A stretch of 64,000 nt of DNA from Dicyema japonicum. Its lineage: Eukaryota > Animalia > Dicyemida. This document shows, piece by piece, positions 25,890 through 38,670 of this stretch. A program made the position numbers and the translations under genes. Within the stretch, counting starts at the first letter, position 1; the number at the start of each line of letters is the position of its first letter. Where the stretch lies: the NCBI GenBank assembly GCA_011109175.1, contig RDEW01000009.1:454875-518874 (forward strand), in the 5' to 3' direction. A model generated the notes under the pieces. That model was not told where the DNA came from. It was given only the letters and a program-made list of their open reading frames with translations, and searched no databases.

Positions 25890-26650
25890 TAGAAACAACT
25901 TACTTTACTTATCACTCTAAATCGTGAGACTGGCGTTGCAGAGGACAAAAAGGGTGACCTTGACAGCGGTGGCCGGATCAATTTTGACCAGAAGGAAACC
26001 TCAGAATAATCTACAAATAATATACCAAGACCACATTGAAGTACGATCACCTCAAGGGCCTCATCCCTCGCAGCCTCCAACATTCAAAAACTTTAAAGAG
26101 TACTAAATAGAGCCCTTCAAACAATTATTGGATGCAACAAATTCACACCGTTCGACCACCTCCACTGGGAAATCACATTCTCCTTGTAGGAGATCACCCC
26201 TACATGAGGAACCTCCGATTCTTGAAATGAAACTATGGAACCAGAGCACTCCTGAACCACACAATGATAATTCCTACCATAGCCAACTTGTTTCGTGAAC
26301 TAATAAAAATTTATCAGCCACCTCCCGATAAAACCAAGTCAAAGGCAATACATGAGCACATCTCCACCAAAGCCATCCGAAGACTATTTTTGAACGATCT
26401 ACTAGATGGCCCCTTCTCTGGTTGTGACTCGGAGACTTATCTCGACAGAGAAAAAGGAGGACCATTAGTGCAATTACGTTCTGGGTATTTCTTCCTAAGA
26501 GACGAATCGGGCTCTTGGCTTTCTCCATCGACCAATTATAATTGATTCTACAAGAAGTTTTCTCCTTTCCGGACCTCCGGTGAACATCTGTGAAAGCTTT
26601 AAGCACTAGCTGCTGGACGTCTGAGGATAGCCGGCTTCCTAATAACTAAC
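25890..26650 (+). mobile_element. Vingi-like LINE 3' remnant
   Basis: HEHISTKAIRRL...LDG, LVQLRSGY and 3' GCCGGCTTCCTAA parallel the C-terminus of the 13950-17190 element. Confidence 0.6.
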
Positions 26651-27254
26651 AACAGGAGATGATTCTAGTTTGCATTCTATACAGTGCTGGTAGAAAAAAC
26701 CGGTTTTGCAGTCACAAACTTTTTTTGGCGGATAGCTTTTAATTTTCCAACTGAATTAAAGTTTTTGGAGTTGATTAGATTTATAATGTGAGCGATTAGT
26801 GTGGCGAAAAAATAATTTTTCTGAAACCTCTGCCCTAACCTTAAAAATAACAGATTTTATTCATAAACCCTTCTCTAAATTCTAATTTTAGATTCTACGA
26901 CATTTTCAACCCGACACATATTAAGCATAAAATGAATTTTTTCAAAAATTAAGTTTTTATTATTTTTAATCTTGAGAATTGATGACAGTCAGGGTGGCCG
27001 CTATATGACCATTTGCTAACTTTTTTTTAGAATTTAAAAGTTAAGAAGCTTGAATGGCCATGCTGTTACTTCTGATGATAGTTATCGGAATACGCTCTCG
27101 AAGGCATCCAGTCTCACTTGGATCCTTGGTGACCATTTGGATCATTGAGACGATCTGAATAACGACGACAACCTAAGAATAAAACTATAAGATTATCAAA
27201 TTAATTCAATCAATAAATGACTATCGATTAAATTCCATAAGGAGAGATCATTTA

Positions 27255-28902
27255 TTGGAGTTATGCCAAAAAAATTTACCACATATTTGGGAGATTGTTC
27301 GCCTTTCATATTCTAAGCCATCATCATTGGTTTTCCACGATGCCATCATTAAATCACGAACTGGTGTTCAACAAGGCGACCCACTTGGACCTCTTCTCTT
27401 TGCTTTGGGGATCCATGGAGTAGCCGCATGCTTAAAATCACCTTTAAATTTATGGTATTTGGATGACGGAATCATTGGTGGACATCCAGATACAGTTTTG
27501 GAGGACGTGCGTCGTTTGATATCTGAATTCGAAGCGATTGGCCTTTCTGTCAACAAGGCCAAATGTGAATTAATCAAGATCAATTTGAGTCCCGATCTGA
27601 CTACTTTCTACAATGACCAGTTTAAATACACTCTCGAAAATTATGCATCGGTTCCAGTTGGGGAGTCTCTGTTCCTTGGTTCTCCTATATTCGAAGACCG
27701 AATTGTGGACGTGTTTAAAGAAAGGACAATAGAGCTCGGTACTTTTGAGACCCGTTTGCGGCATGTTGACAACCATATTGCCCTCTTCCTATTGAGAAAC
27801 TGCTTGTCCATTCCAAGATTAAACTATTTACTAAGGACTGCACCATGTTATAAGTGTGATTCCCTTTTAATGGAATACTCTGATTGCCTCAAAAGATGTA
27901 CTGAATTCGTACTTAACGTTTCCTTGACACCCCTGGATGGATACAGACTCAATTACCGATATCATTGGGTGGAATCGGTCTTACTACTCCCTGCCAAATT
28001 GCTGGCCCGGCGTATTTTGCCTCAAAACTTTCATGCAAAAACCAAGTGGACTCAATTCTTTCAAAGCTTCCATCTCGGAAACTGTCCAATGACTTGGTTG
28101 AATACATGGACGTGTGGCGGAGTGAAGGGCTTAGCGAGCCGCGTAATCCAGACCAACAATCGTCTTGGATGATCCATAGATGGAATGCTCTGGCATCCAA
28201 CCTAGTCAGCCGGCTCTCTGGACATCGCCTGGACTGTTTCCAAAATTCGAGGGAGGCGGTTGATGGATCTTGGCTTGGGGTTTACCCATGTCAAGAAGTT
28301 GGTGGATTGTTGGATGATGACTCCCTTCGTACAGCTGTATGTCTACACCTCGGATTGCCTGTTTGCACCAAATCGAAGTGCAAATGTGGCTGTCTATCGG
28401 ACGAACTGGGTCTCCACCTCCTCTCATGCCGGAGCGGAATTGGCAGATCTTCTCGACATTCGGCAATGAACGGCATCATTAAGAGGGCATTAGAATCGGC
28501 TGGATTCCGTTGCCGGATCGAACCAACTGGTCTATTTGATAACGGAAGACGCATGACCTCCTTTCCTTTCGAGCGAGGGCGAAACCTTGTATGGGATGTG
28601 ACCTGTGTCTGCTCTTTCGCCCCAAGCAAAAAAATAATTCACCGGGCAAACCTTCTTCTCAAGCAGAGGAAATGAAAAATGCTAAGTATTCGGATATCAG
28701 CGACAGGTACATTTTCGCACCTGTCGCGATTGAAACTTCGGGGAACTTTGGCCCTAAAACGCTGAAGTTCCTGAATCATCTTGGAAAACTACTATCCGAC
28801 AAAACTGGTGATCTTCGTGAGACGAGATGGCTCAAGGAGAGGCTCTCGTTGGCTGTTGTCCGTGGGAATAGCTTATGCATCTCCCAACAGCTGAATAATT
28901 AA
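27255..28902 (+). mobile_element. 5'-truncated CRE-like RLE retrotransposon
   Basis: GVQQGDPLGPLLF, WYLDDG, LLRNCLSIPRLNYLLR, CKCGCLSDELGLHLLSC, LVWDVTC, VAIETSG and RLSLAVVRGNS*. Frameshifts occur partly in homopolymer runs. Confidence 0.9.
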
Positions 28903-29013
28903 AATTAAAATTAACTATTCTTTTTCCTTATAATAAAATAGTGGGAGACAAAAAAAATAAATAAAATAAAATAGTGGGAGACAAAAAAATAAAAATAGAC
29001 AGAATTAATTAAA

Positions 29014-29700
29014 ATGTCCGGCCTAATTTTCCTAGTTTGTCAGTTATTTTTTAATAACTTAGTTTCATCTAAAATTTATTTCAAATACGAATCAAACAAT
29101 GATTCCATTAAAGTCGACGAATATTATGAATTTCAATGGAATAATTTTATAGAAAAATATAGTTAAGTTTATTTTCACTTTCCAGATAAATCATAATCTG
29201 GTTTAGAACTCTACGTTTGAAAGGCTATTTTCACTGAAAACTTAAGATTGATTGACAAACACAATTTACTATCAAAACAAGGAATATTTTCCTATGAATT
29301 AAGAATTACTCAATTTGCTGACATGGTTAATTCACACAAAATATTTGTAGACAAGAATAGAAATTAAAAAACCAAGCAAATTTGATTTATATAATACTCA
29401 GAATACATACGAAGATGAATTACTTGAAGATTATTCAACTCATGTTAATGGAAAAGGATATCATTCATCTTTTAATTGGGAAAAACGAAATTGTGTAACT
29501 GCCATAAAGTATCAAGGAAGTGGATGTGGGTCATGTTATGCATTTTGTGCAGTAAACTACTGTTTAATTCATCTAGTTAGCTACACTGGAGTCACATTTT
29601 GCAATCAAACACAATAAACTTATATCTATGAGCGAACAAAACATGATTGATTGTTCAGAGGATGGAGGATGCGATGGAGGGTGTGTAGAACATGTTAATA
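29014..29700 (+). pseudogene. Cathepsin-L-like (papain C1A) protease, probable pseudogene truncated by a LINE
   Basis: I29 prodomain (AIFTENLRLIDKHN, ITQFADM), QGSGCGSCYAF and [15 protein letters not shown]. In-frame TAA and TGA in the prodomain. The catalytic His/Asn half was not found after the RT insertion at ~29700. Confidence 0.7.
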
Positions 29701-30310
29701 ATTATCATGTAATCTCCTACGTGTCCATAGTCGACGCCCAGGTAGCGCAGGCTGTGTGCATTGTTTACTCCCAGTGTGTATTCTTGTTTCAGGTGCTTTT
29801 TCACATTGCTTATTCGGAGTGTCATGGGGTTTAGTATAACGAGACACCATATGTCTCCTCTTCGAATTATTGACTCCTTGCACCAAACAAGAATTATTTT
29901 TTCTAGTGGTGCAATACTTTTTTTCAATAGATCTTGTATGTCTTTCATAGCTAGGCGGTAATTTAGATTTTAAATCAAGTCCAATGCCGGTTTAATAGCG
30001 TATCTCCTCGATCTATCGAGAAGCTCTACAAGAATAATTCTCTCATCACTTTCAAACCATCCTTGGAAGCCATAAATCAAGAGTGGTTCTATACAAGCTG
30101 TATAAACATATACAAAAGTTTCCGGACTCAATTGAGAACGTAGAAGCGATTTCAACATCGCTGTAGCTTTTTTCCTTTATCTTGATATAACTAATGAAGA
30201 AACCCTTCGAGTTCAACATAATTTTCTTCGATATATGATTTCCAACACGTATATAAGATTCTCTACCAGAAAGAAAGTCCTTCAACCACACTAGTGCCTT
30301 GCTCCCAACA
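29690..30310 (-). mobile_element. LINE RT remnant
   Basis: WLKDFLSGRESYIRVG, LRYLGV and YTACIEPLLIYG in broken frames. Confidence 0.65.
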
Positions 30311-30590
30311 TTAAAATTGGTTCAGAAACCCGGAGTAGCTGCTTCAATCGTGGAAAACCTAAAAATCAAGAAATATTCTTGCCTCGGGGACCGATACCGA
30401 TTTACTCATGTTGCGGTCGAGTCATCATGATCTGTTGGTCCAATGACGGCTGGTTTCTTGCGCGAACTCGGAGGAATGCTTGTCAGAAAGAAAGGGATCA
30501 ACGAAAAGAGGGTTCTGGCTGAGACAAAAGATTGGAATGACCATACTCCAAGGAACTCTTTTGCGATTTACGCAGCGGACTTACTATTTG
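30310..30590 (+). mobile_element. CRE-family-A 3' remnant (longer, diverged)
   Basis: YSCLGDRYRFTHVAVES and FLRELG...WLRQKIG. Confidence 0.7.
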
Positions 30591-31519
30591 TTTCTTTGTT
30601 GAATAATTGCCTTTTATAAAAACCACCCGCCCACAGAGAAGTTGTGTTGGATCCCAGAAGGCGCACGAGGAGGAGATGAGAAATCAGATTGATGCCTTCG
30701 AGATCACTTAATTAATATAGTAATTAAATTAACTATTGGTGTTCTTGGTTAATAATAATGGGCTATTGGGGGATGGATTTGGTCTGCACAATCATACGTT
30801 CTCCCTTGAATTAATTAGTTGTGACTGTTTGTGTTGGGTTAGTCAAGGACCTTCGCAAACGGTACTGCCTATTTGAAAGGGCAATTCTAAGGAGGAATAA
30901 CAACGCAGTTACGCTGCTGCTTTATAATTCTATTTCTTGATCAATTAAGTCTTTCAATTCAAATTATAATTACTTTAATTTTGGAATTCATATTTCCACA
31001 CGTTCTGGTGATCGCGAACACCATTGGGTATTTGATCGTGATTTTGAGAGGGAATAGTCATACAATCAGTTATTAATTCTTAATTTTCTCTTATTTGGAT
31101 GTTCAATTGCTTTAATTCTTATTAAGGATTTCTCCAAACAGGTCTTCTATATATTGAAAAAAATTTTGTTATGATAAGGGGTTTTACAAAAATCTGTTTT
31201 AATCCATTATATACGGGTCACCTCTTCTTTTGTCCGGGTCCACCTCCGAGTTCTACACAGAACCAAATAGACCTGTCGGTCTCTGCCTGCCTGTGACGTT
31301 CTTGTTGCCACCGGTTTTTTTCACTCGAAGGGGTAAATGAAAGTCCGGTATTATTTAAGTGTTTAGTGAGTAAAAAGTGAACTCCAATAAAAAATAATAA
31401 TGAAACACTTTTTATTGATTTGAGCTCAAGTAGATCTTTTTCCTGGAAAGGCATCGAACAATATTGAAGAAATCAATAACAATTTATTGAAGAATAAAAC
31501 CAAATAGTTAAAGGCTATT

Positions 31520-32200
31520 GGCTGCTCTCAGGATTGAGAGCGCATTTCCTTTACGATCTGTAAGGAGATGCGCTCAATAGGCCAGCACTTCTCTCTGACA
31601 TCCCTCCTCCTTTTAGCGACTAACGATCCAATTTTGTTGAGCAGGGCTAACGACTTGCTTCCTATGACTCCCGAAGTTTCGACTGCGACTGGTTCAAAAG
31701 TGTACTGCTCGCCGAGGCATGTGTACTTCTTTGCTTTAAGTATTTCTGCTTTCTCTGCAGCTGAGCCTGGATTTGTCGCACTCATTGTAATATTGGAAGG
31801 GGAGAAGCTATCTACGCAGGTGGCATCCCACGGGAACAGAGTCGCTCCATCCGGCCTTCTGTTTGCCGTGGCAAGTCCTAGGGGCTCCATCTGGACAGGG
31901 AATCCGGCAGCTTCTAGTCCCCACGCAATAACCTTGTTGATTGCACTATGTCTCAGGCTTCTTCCAGCGCTCCTTCGGCAGGAAAGTGTGTGGAGTCTTT
32001 TCGCGTCGACTATTCCTCCACATCTACAGCGATGGATTGCGCAAACATCGATTCCGAGGCGGACGCAAACCCAATTTTCGTGGAGTCATCGTCCAGAAAA
32101 GTTCCGAGTGAAATACACGGGAATGCTTTGAGCCATGCACCACTTACGTTTGTTGATGCGGTAGCCAGACAAGCCAGACGATGCTGGTCGAGTTGTGGTT
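31520..32200 (-). mobile_element. CRE-like RLE remnant
   Basis: EPLGLATANRRPDGATLFPWDATCVD and FEPVAVETSGVIG. Confidence 0.8.
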
Positions 32201-35200
32201 TTTGAAGAAATTGAAAAATGATGTGATAACAAAAAACTGTATATATAATAACAAGAAACCTAACGTTTGCGAATACGAGGAAAATAAGGTATGGAAAATT
32301 AAAAATAGCATGGAATGTGTGCGGATAAGAAAAGGTCTTTTAAAAGTCTGTTAATAAAAAAATTACTTCTGCGACGTCGTCTGAATCTTGAGACTTTCCT
32401 ATTCGTTTGTAGATTGAACCAGTTTTGATATATGTTTTTCAAAGAAGGCATGAGAGCGAAGAAAGACGCTAGTTTAGAGTTTCCTGATAGATCACCAAGA
32501 TATTCCATTTAATTGGGATATAGATTATATCCAAATTGAGGGTTCCACAACATCAGTGGACATTTATTCCGACTAATGAATAAGAGTTCATGTTTGGTGT
32601 AAGGGGTCTTATTTATTTAACATCCCAAGACTACGGTAAAACCATACTAATTATCACGTGATTATCAGTGACCTCATCTTTGCCCGGCATTCCTCCCTCG
32701 TGCCCGCGCATGGTCGTACACACGGCTGACTGAATTTACGAGGCCGAATTCCCCCATTCTGGAGTCTAGTTTCATAAAAGGGTCTTTGAACTAAAAATAG
32801 ACATATGCTGTCTCATTTGTAGGGGTCGTCAGTCGCATATTATTAATAAGCACTCCCGGAAAATCATAAATTAATTAAGATTTCCTTTGCAACGTTCGTA
32901 TCCTATTACACATTCTCTTCCAAGCTCCCTTGTTGCTAGCTATTGCTAGTAATGTTTTTGCAAAACCACAAAACGTAGTGGATTGAGATCCGAAAACAGG
33001 AAGCGGAAATAAATACCAATTAATGATTTAAATAACTTCAGAAAACACGTGCGAAGCACAAGGCATATGACTTACTGTGCAGTTTGAGTAAAAGTCCCAA
33101 AGTTAGTCGTCGTCAACTATTTGTTTCATAAACACTGTGCGCTTTATTACGGAAGTTCTCAGATCTTCCAAGGTTAGCAGTTGCATTTTTGTCCTCGGTG
33201 GGTCATCTTCAAAACAGACGGTAGGGTCTTTCTACTTCCTTTCGGATTTTTATTAATTGCTGGCGTTAAGTAATTTTCCAGTTGGAGGGGTTGCAATGTC
33301 CAAAGGAAAAAACATGCAAAAGAGTTTCCACCGATCTTCGAGATAATTTCTTACAATATCCCGATCTTTTAAAATTAAATGAGATTTCTTTTTTGTGCTT
33401 GTCCTTAAATCAAACAATAAAATATTACTCCCAATTCAGTCGAAATCTGAAAATAAGTAAAAACTGGTTTTATTAGCCTTGACTTAAATTTAATTTCAGA
33501 TTGCATATTTTTGGAGCAAACTGTCTAAAATATTGAAAATTAATGTACCCCATCTAGTTTGGCTTTCCACAAGGATAAATTTCTTCGAAATGCATGACGT
33601 TTTTGTGACAACATAGCATCAAATAGAAAAAACTAGTTAGGCTGGCCTGACAAACCCGAGAGAACTAATAATTCATCAAGCGGATTGCTAAGTTCCTCTA
33701 TATTTTGTACCGGACGAATTTTGAATCCAAAGTAGTGGTGTCATACGCTCCCTCGTTCCGTAAGATCGCATATACATTGTATTCAGAGTCAATCACTTTG
33801 TCCATCTCACGAGAGGAGGGGGATCTCAGAAATTGATGTTAGAGAAATTGCCCGTGCATTATCAGTAGATGCGGTTTTATTAGATATTTTAAGTTAAGCC
33901 ACATTATTCAAAATTTGTTTCCGTTACCATGGTTCCCCCAAATGTCTGTAACATATGGGAGCTGTAACTGCAATATATAATAGTCTTCTTAGAAAATGAA
34001 TAATGTTCAATGTGTGAGTGAACCCTTAGAAATGGACTGATACTCAGATGGATTAGTCCTCTTAGAATTTGAATGATCATTCTCCCATGAAATAGGGTAA
34101 TATCAACTAAGTGGGTCATCTTATTTATTTGTTTACTTCCAGTCCTTTCAAGCGAAGTAAATTAGTGGTTAACAAAAAAGTAACAGCTAAAGAAGGGTCA
34201 TCTTATAAAATAGAGTAGTATTCACTTTGTGATTGAACCACTTAAAATATGAAATCAAGAGTTGGTCGGTCTTCTCAAAAACTGAACGACACCCGTGAAT
34301 AGTCCTATTTGAAATTGACTTGTATCCACTTTTGCCTCTGGAAGCAGTTTGATAGGACAGACGCTAATCTACCCTTCTAAGAGCAATCACCAAATACTCC
34401 AAAAACCACTCAAGATATGAGATAATTTTGGAGAGCTAGCCAAGCTTTTGTCAAATTCGAATAAGACCTCCACCTGAACTTTCTTTCCTTTAACACGGTG
34501 ATCCCGGGGTAATAATACGGTTATGCCTCTTAAAACGAAATATCGATTTTGTAATTGCTTATAAATCTTTGAATTATGATTTAATCTCAAACTCAATGAA
34601 GTTACATTTTCTTGTGAAAAACTATTAACTTAGAATTTATCGATCCCATTCGCTAAGATCAGGTAACGGTTAATTGGTCATACGTTTAAGCTGATGACGT
34701 ATTTCTAATGCACTATAGCTCAAGTACACTTAATTTCCTCAATATGGATGTAACCTATATTTTTACCTTGGACACATGAGACATAGAACAAGCAAACATT
34801 CGCATACAAAAAGCATCTGATCTGCCGATATTTTAATTTATTTTTTTATTTTAAACTAAGAATCACCAACAAATTAGGGGGAAAAAGTGACCGTCAAATG
34901 ATCAGGGCCTACTAGCAACCATCTCACCTTCGCCACGAGATCCGACGCACTTCCTGCATGCATGTGTTACTTTTGGGAACTTTGGAGGTGTCAATAGGGC
35001 TCCCGTTCTCCTCATAAGTGCCTCAAAAAGAGTTGATCTTAGTGGATAGGTAGAGAACCTTTGTAGAGTCCTAGTGACTGTTGCTTGAAAGGCAGTGACT
35101 TTTTTTAGATTAGTTAGTTATTAAATAAAATAATATTAAAGTTTTTTTTGAATTATTTATTTAAAATATAAAATTTATAAATATAAATATAGCAACGATA

Positions 35201-35656
35201 ATGACCTCAGATCCTTTTCTCGTTTTGGGTGTTTCTGAGAATGCCAGTGATGAGGAAATAAAGAAGGCCCACAGAAAATTAGTGAAAAAGTACCATCCTG
35301 ATCACAACAAGGCGAAAGATGCTACAGAAATAACTAAAAAGATAAACAAAGCTTACGAAGAAATAAAGGATATGGAATCGAGAAATAAACACAGGAGGAA
35401 AGAAAACACTCATAAAAAAGATGCCAATTATTATGACAATGAGAACTTTAATTTTGAGAACTTTTATAAGAAAAACAGGAATTACAAATCTGGGCGATTT
35501 TCCGAATATTTTGAGGGTTTTTTCAAAACATGTCTTTTTGACGTTTTCGATACTGATGATTTGCCACCATTCACCTCATTCTACGACAGTTCTGCTGATA
35601 AGGTCTTCAACAGCTTTTTCAGCAGGCCAATTCAAAAACTCAAGAATAATTATTAA
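35201..35656 (+). CDS. Small intronless J-domain (DnaJ/Hsp40) protein, 151 aa
   Basis: [31 protein letters not shown]...KKINKAYE is a complete J-domain with the HPD motif. Confidence 0.9.
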   Translation: MTSDPFLVLGVSENASDEEIKKAHRKLVKKYHPDHNKAKDATEITKKINKAYEEIKDMESRNKHRRKENTHKKDANYYDNENFNFENFYKKNRNYKSGRFSEYFEGFFKTCLFDVFDTDDLPPFTSFYDSSADKVFNSFFSRPIQKLKNNY

Positions 35657-35749
35657 TTTTACAAACAATTAATTTTAATTATTTTTAATAACCAATAATT
35701 TGATTTCTTGTTAATTTTTTGATGAATAAATTAATAAATTGTAGTTTCA

Positions 35750-36230
35750 CACTGATACTTTCCTCTGCTTCTCAGCCCATGTGGAATCTATCATATCAAC
35801 CTGTGCAAAGAAGATCAATTTTGTAAAGGCCTTCCTTTGGAACTGTGGAGGAATTTATCCGCCAGGTATCGGGACCCTCTACAAGCAGTATGTCGAGCCA
35901 ACAATAGGCTATGCATGTGCTGCATGGGGATCTAACCTGTCGGCAACGAACCTAACAAAAATTCAAGATATCCAGTCAAGAGCAAAAAAGTTACTAGAAA
36001 AATATACAGATAAAGAAATGCCCCCAGAGCACTCGAGTCTATCATAGAGGCAACTTGAGGCAATTTCAGAAGAGGAAAGGAAAAAGACCCCCGTCCGTAT
36101 AGAAAATGCGTGGGATCACAGTCGGAGCATCGAGAAAAAATGGCCCGATTATTGAGAGATGCCGGGATCACCTGAATATTAGTTATTGATTAAGACGGTG
36201 TTTCTTTGGCTTAAATAATAATAATAATAA
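35750..36230 (+). mobile_element. LINE 3' remnant with terminal stem-loop
   Basis: LYKQYVEPTIGYACAAW...KIQDIQSRA, then a GGGATCACC/GGTGTTTC stem and a (TAA)n tail. Confidence 0.75.
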
Positions 36231-36259
36231 TTGCTGATTCCTTTTAACATTTAATTGTA

Positions 36260-36447
36260 GAATAATCAATGTAGAGTCGGTACCCGGATTAGGCTCTACA
36301 TTATTAGCTAGAAGTTGCAAAGAGAAAACTGGGGAAATTGTAGGCCATCCTTCTGAAGGTAGTAGAAGGGTAAGAAATATCGAACGGTTTTTTATGCATA
36401 ACTTGCACTGAGCGCCACCACAATAACAGGTGAACGCATGACGCCAT
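36260..36447 (-). mobile_element. Short non-autonomous retroposon (SIDE-like)
   Basis: Head ATGGCGTCATGCGTTCACC...GGTGGCGCTCAGTGCA-AGTTA-TGCATAAAAAA. 3' hairpin AATGTAGAG/CTCTACATT. Confidence 0.65.
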
Positions 36448-37189
36448 GTTTTAAGTCTTTCTTATGAAGTTCTCCAGTCACACGGAGGAAATGTAACGCA
36501 AGGATGGAAATAGCTAACGGCAAGAATAGTCGATACATGGCACAAGCGGAACCATAAACACTATTTACTGATAACGAGGACGTTCATTAACTAATTTAAC
36601 TAATGAATAAATTGTGTAAAGACTTCTGCAATCAAATGCGCCATTAAACGTCTCCATTGTACCCACTATCGAATGAAATTGCCGTGTGCGAAAGACACTG
36701 AAACGGGTCAAAAAATGAGAAAAGGTGATCAGTCTCGAGGTCATTAAGTGTACATGAAGGTTAGAGTGGAGGAATTATAATTTAGGGAGTACAGGGGGAA
36801 GTAAATTCATAGTACTTTTGATGATTTATATGTTTTGGGTTTACCATTTGCATAACAACGAGGACAACAGAGGGAAGCTTCAAACAAACATTGAACTGCT
36901 TGTACTCCAAGGTAAAACGGAATACATGATTTTGTTAAGAATTTATTTATTCACTCATAATTTTCATTTATAAGATTGATTTCGGTAAAAAAAGCCTGGA
37001 TTAAAAAATCCCCAGAAAGAGCGAGGGATTTATTGGAATGGCTTAACGCAAACCTGAAGGCAGCCAGGAAACCACCTGGTTAAAGAGGACCCATGGAGAC
37101 TTTGGCCGTCATATAAAAGAAAGCGTCTGCTCGTAACCACGAGATTTGAACTCACACAAATTCGGCCTCCTACTGTTTAGTGATGTTGT

Positions 37190-37624
37190 ATTATTAATCC
37201 AGGATACAACGAGAAAGTTAACAGTAAACGACTAAATAAGTGTATCCAGTTTCCACTGTCACAGAAGCATAGTCCATCAACTTGCATTTTCTGGAAACCC
37301 TCAAGTGGAGAGGAGGAAAGATAATGATCCTTTTTCGTGCCACCTGACACTGGGCGCCACCTAGATATGTGGATCACATGACGCCACTTTAGTGATTTAT
37401 TATTTATTAACCCGGATACACCGAGAAAAAGTTAAAGTAAACAACTAATTAAGTGTATCCAGTTTCCACTTCTAAGAAACAGAGTCCATCCGGAATCAGC
37501 ATAAAAAAGACGTCCATTACATGCAGTTGTGGAAACCCCTCCAGTGGAGTGGGGAAGAGATAATTATCCTTTTTCGTGCCGGCCTGGCACTGGGCGTCAC
37601 TTAGACAGGTGGATCACATGCCAC
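37190..37624 (-). mobile_element. Two divergent SIDE-like retroposons in tandem, bounded by a repeated target sequence
   Basis: Units at 37190-37387 and 37400-37624. TTTAGTGAT(GTT) occurs at 37176, 37388 and 37625. Each unit has the 5' pseudoknot head and a GGATACAC/G(T)TGTATCC 3' stem followed by a TTAATAA tail. Confidence 0.85.
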
Positions 37625-38249
37625 TTTAGTGATGTTATAATAATAATATAATCAGACTGTTCAGAGTAAATAAACAACTAAAAACATAATTTTTAAATAT
37701 TATAATTAATATATTTAAATTTTTGTTTGAAGAATTTGTGGCTAATGTGGTTTCAACATAGATTTTAGGTCAAATATTAAATGTTAAAAACAATCTTTGA
37801 TTTTATAAACGCTACTTATAGAGTAGTAACGGAATAATTCTGGGATTTTTCTATGAGAAGAACAGTTTAAGATGCCCGTCATGTCTGTGTCGGTCTCTCC
37901 CTTGCCTGTCCAGGATCACTTGGGACACTCCATTTCTCTAGTAACCCAGTGATCCTGGGTAAATCAATAAATCTATCAAGTCAGAAATGCAGCCATAACC
38001 TCCACGGAGGTGTACCTCTGTCTCTGATGCTACATAAAAGGTAAACACACTGGGAGTTGCTTAGCATTAAATTTCCTCAATTAATCGATTACCCCCAACG
38101 ATTTAGAGTGAATATTAAACATTCTTTATAGTCAATATGCTCATCAACGAGAAGATCTGGACCTTTCACCAGGAGAGTAAATTGCAGGTGTAACCATGAT
38201 CAGTAATACTAAATTGTGTGTTTAGCTTAAGAAGACTATCAAACAAAAT

Positions 38250-38670
38250 TTAAGCTTATAATTAGTAGTTTCCCATGTATGCTCTCTACTGGCCACCACT
38301 GCATTTTGTAGCCGACAAGTCCTACGGATGACAATATTCCCTTTTGCTAATGGTCGGAACCTGGTTTGGGACAATATGTATGTTGATACATACTCTCCGA
38401 AAAATTTAGCCGCTTAGGTCTAGGACCCAAATCATACTTCTAAGCAAGCCAAAGATCAGAAGAGAAGTACCAAAGCATTTCGGAAGATCACATGTTTTTC
38501 CAATTTGCTGTTGAAACGTCAGGAATCCTTGCCCCACAAGCGGACTATCTAGTCCATCGGATCAGTTTAATGATCCAATAAGTCACCAAGGATCCACGTG
38601 AGGCTGGATGGTTCGAGAGCGTATCTCGATAGTATGTCATAGGAAACAGCCTGGTCATTCAAGCTCCCTA
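38250..38670 (+). mobile_element. CRE-like 3' remnant (family C; related pieces at 13480-13630 + and 27060-27170 -)
   Basis: LVWDNMYVDT and FAVETSGIL; nucleotide blocks are shared among the three loci. Confidence 0.7.

Noticed and set aside
29170-29225. Stop-codon reassignment suggested by TAA/TGA in the cathepsin prodomain
   Set aside because: The stops would need Tyr and Arg, an unprecedented pair. Intact genes here (COPB1, RPS24, caspase, DnaJ) end normally at TAA or TGA without internal stops.
32220-34620. Possible minus-strand host gene
   Set aside because: Exon-like stretches exist, but I could not recognise a family or build a consistent spliced frame.
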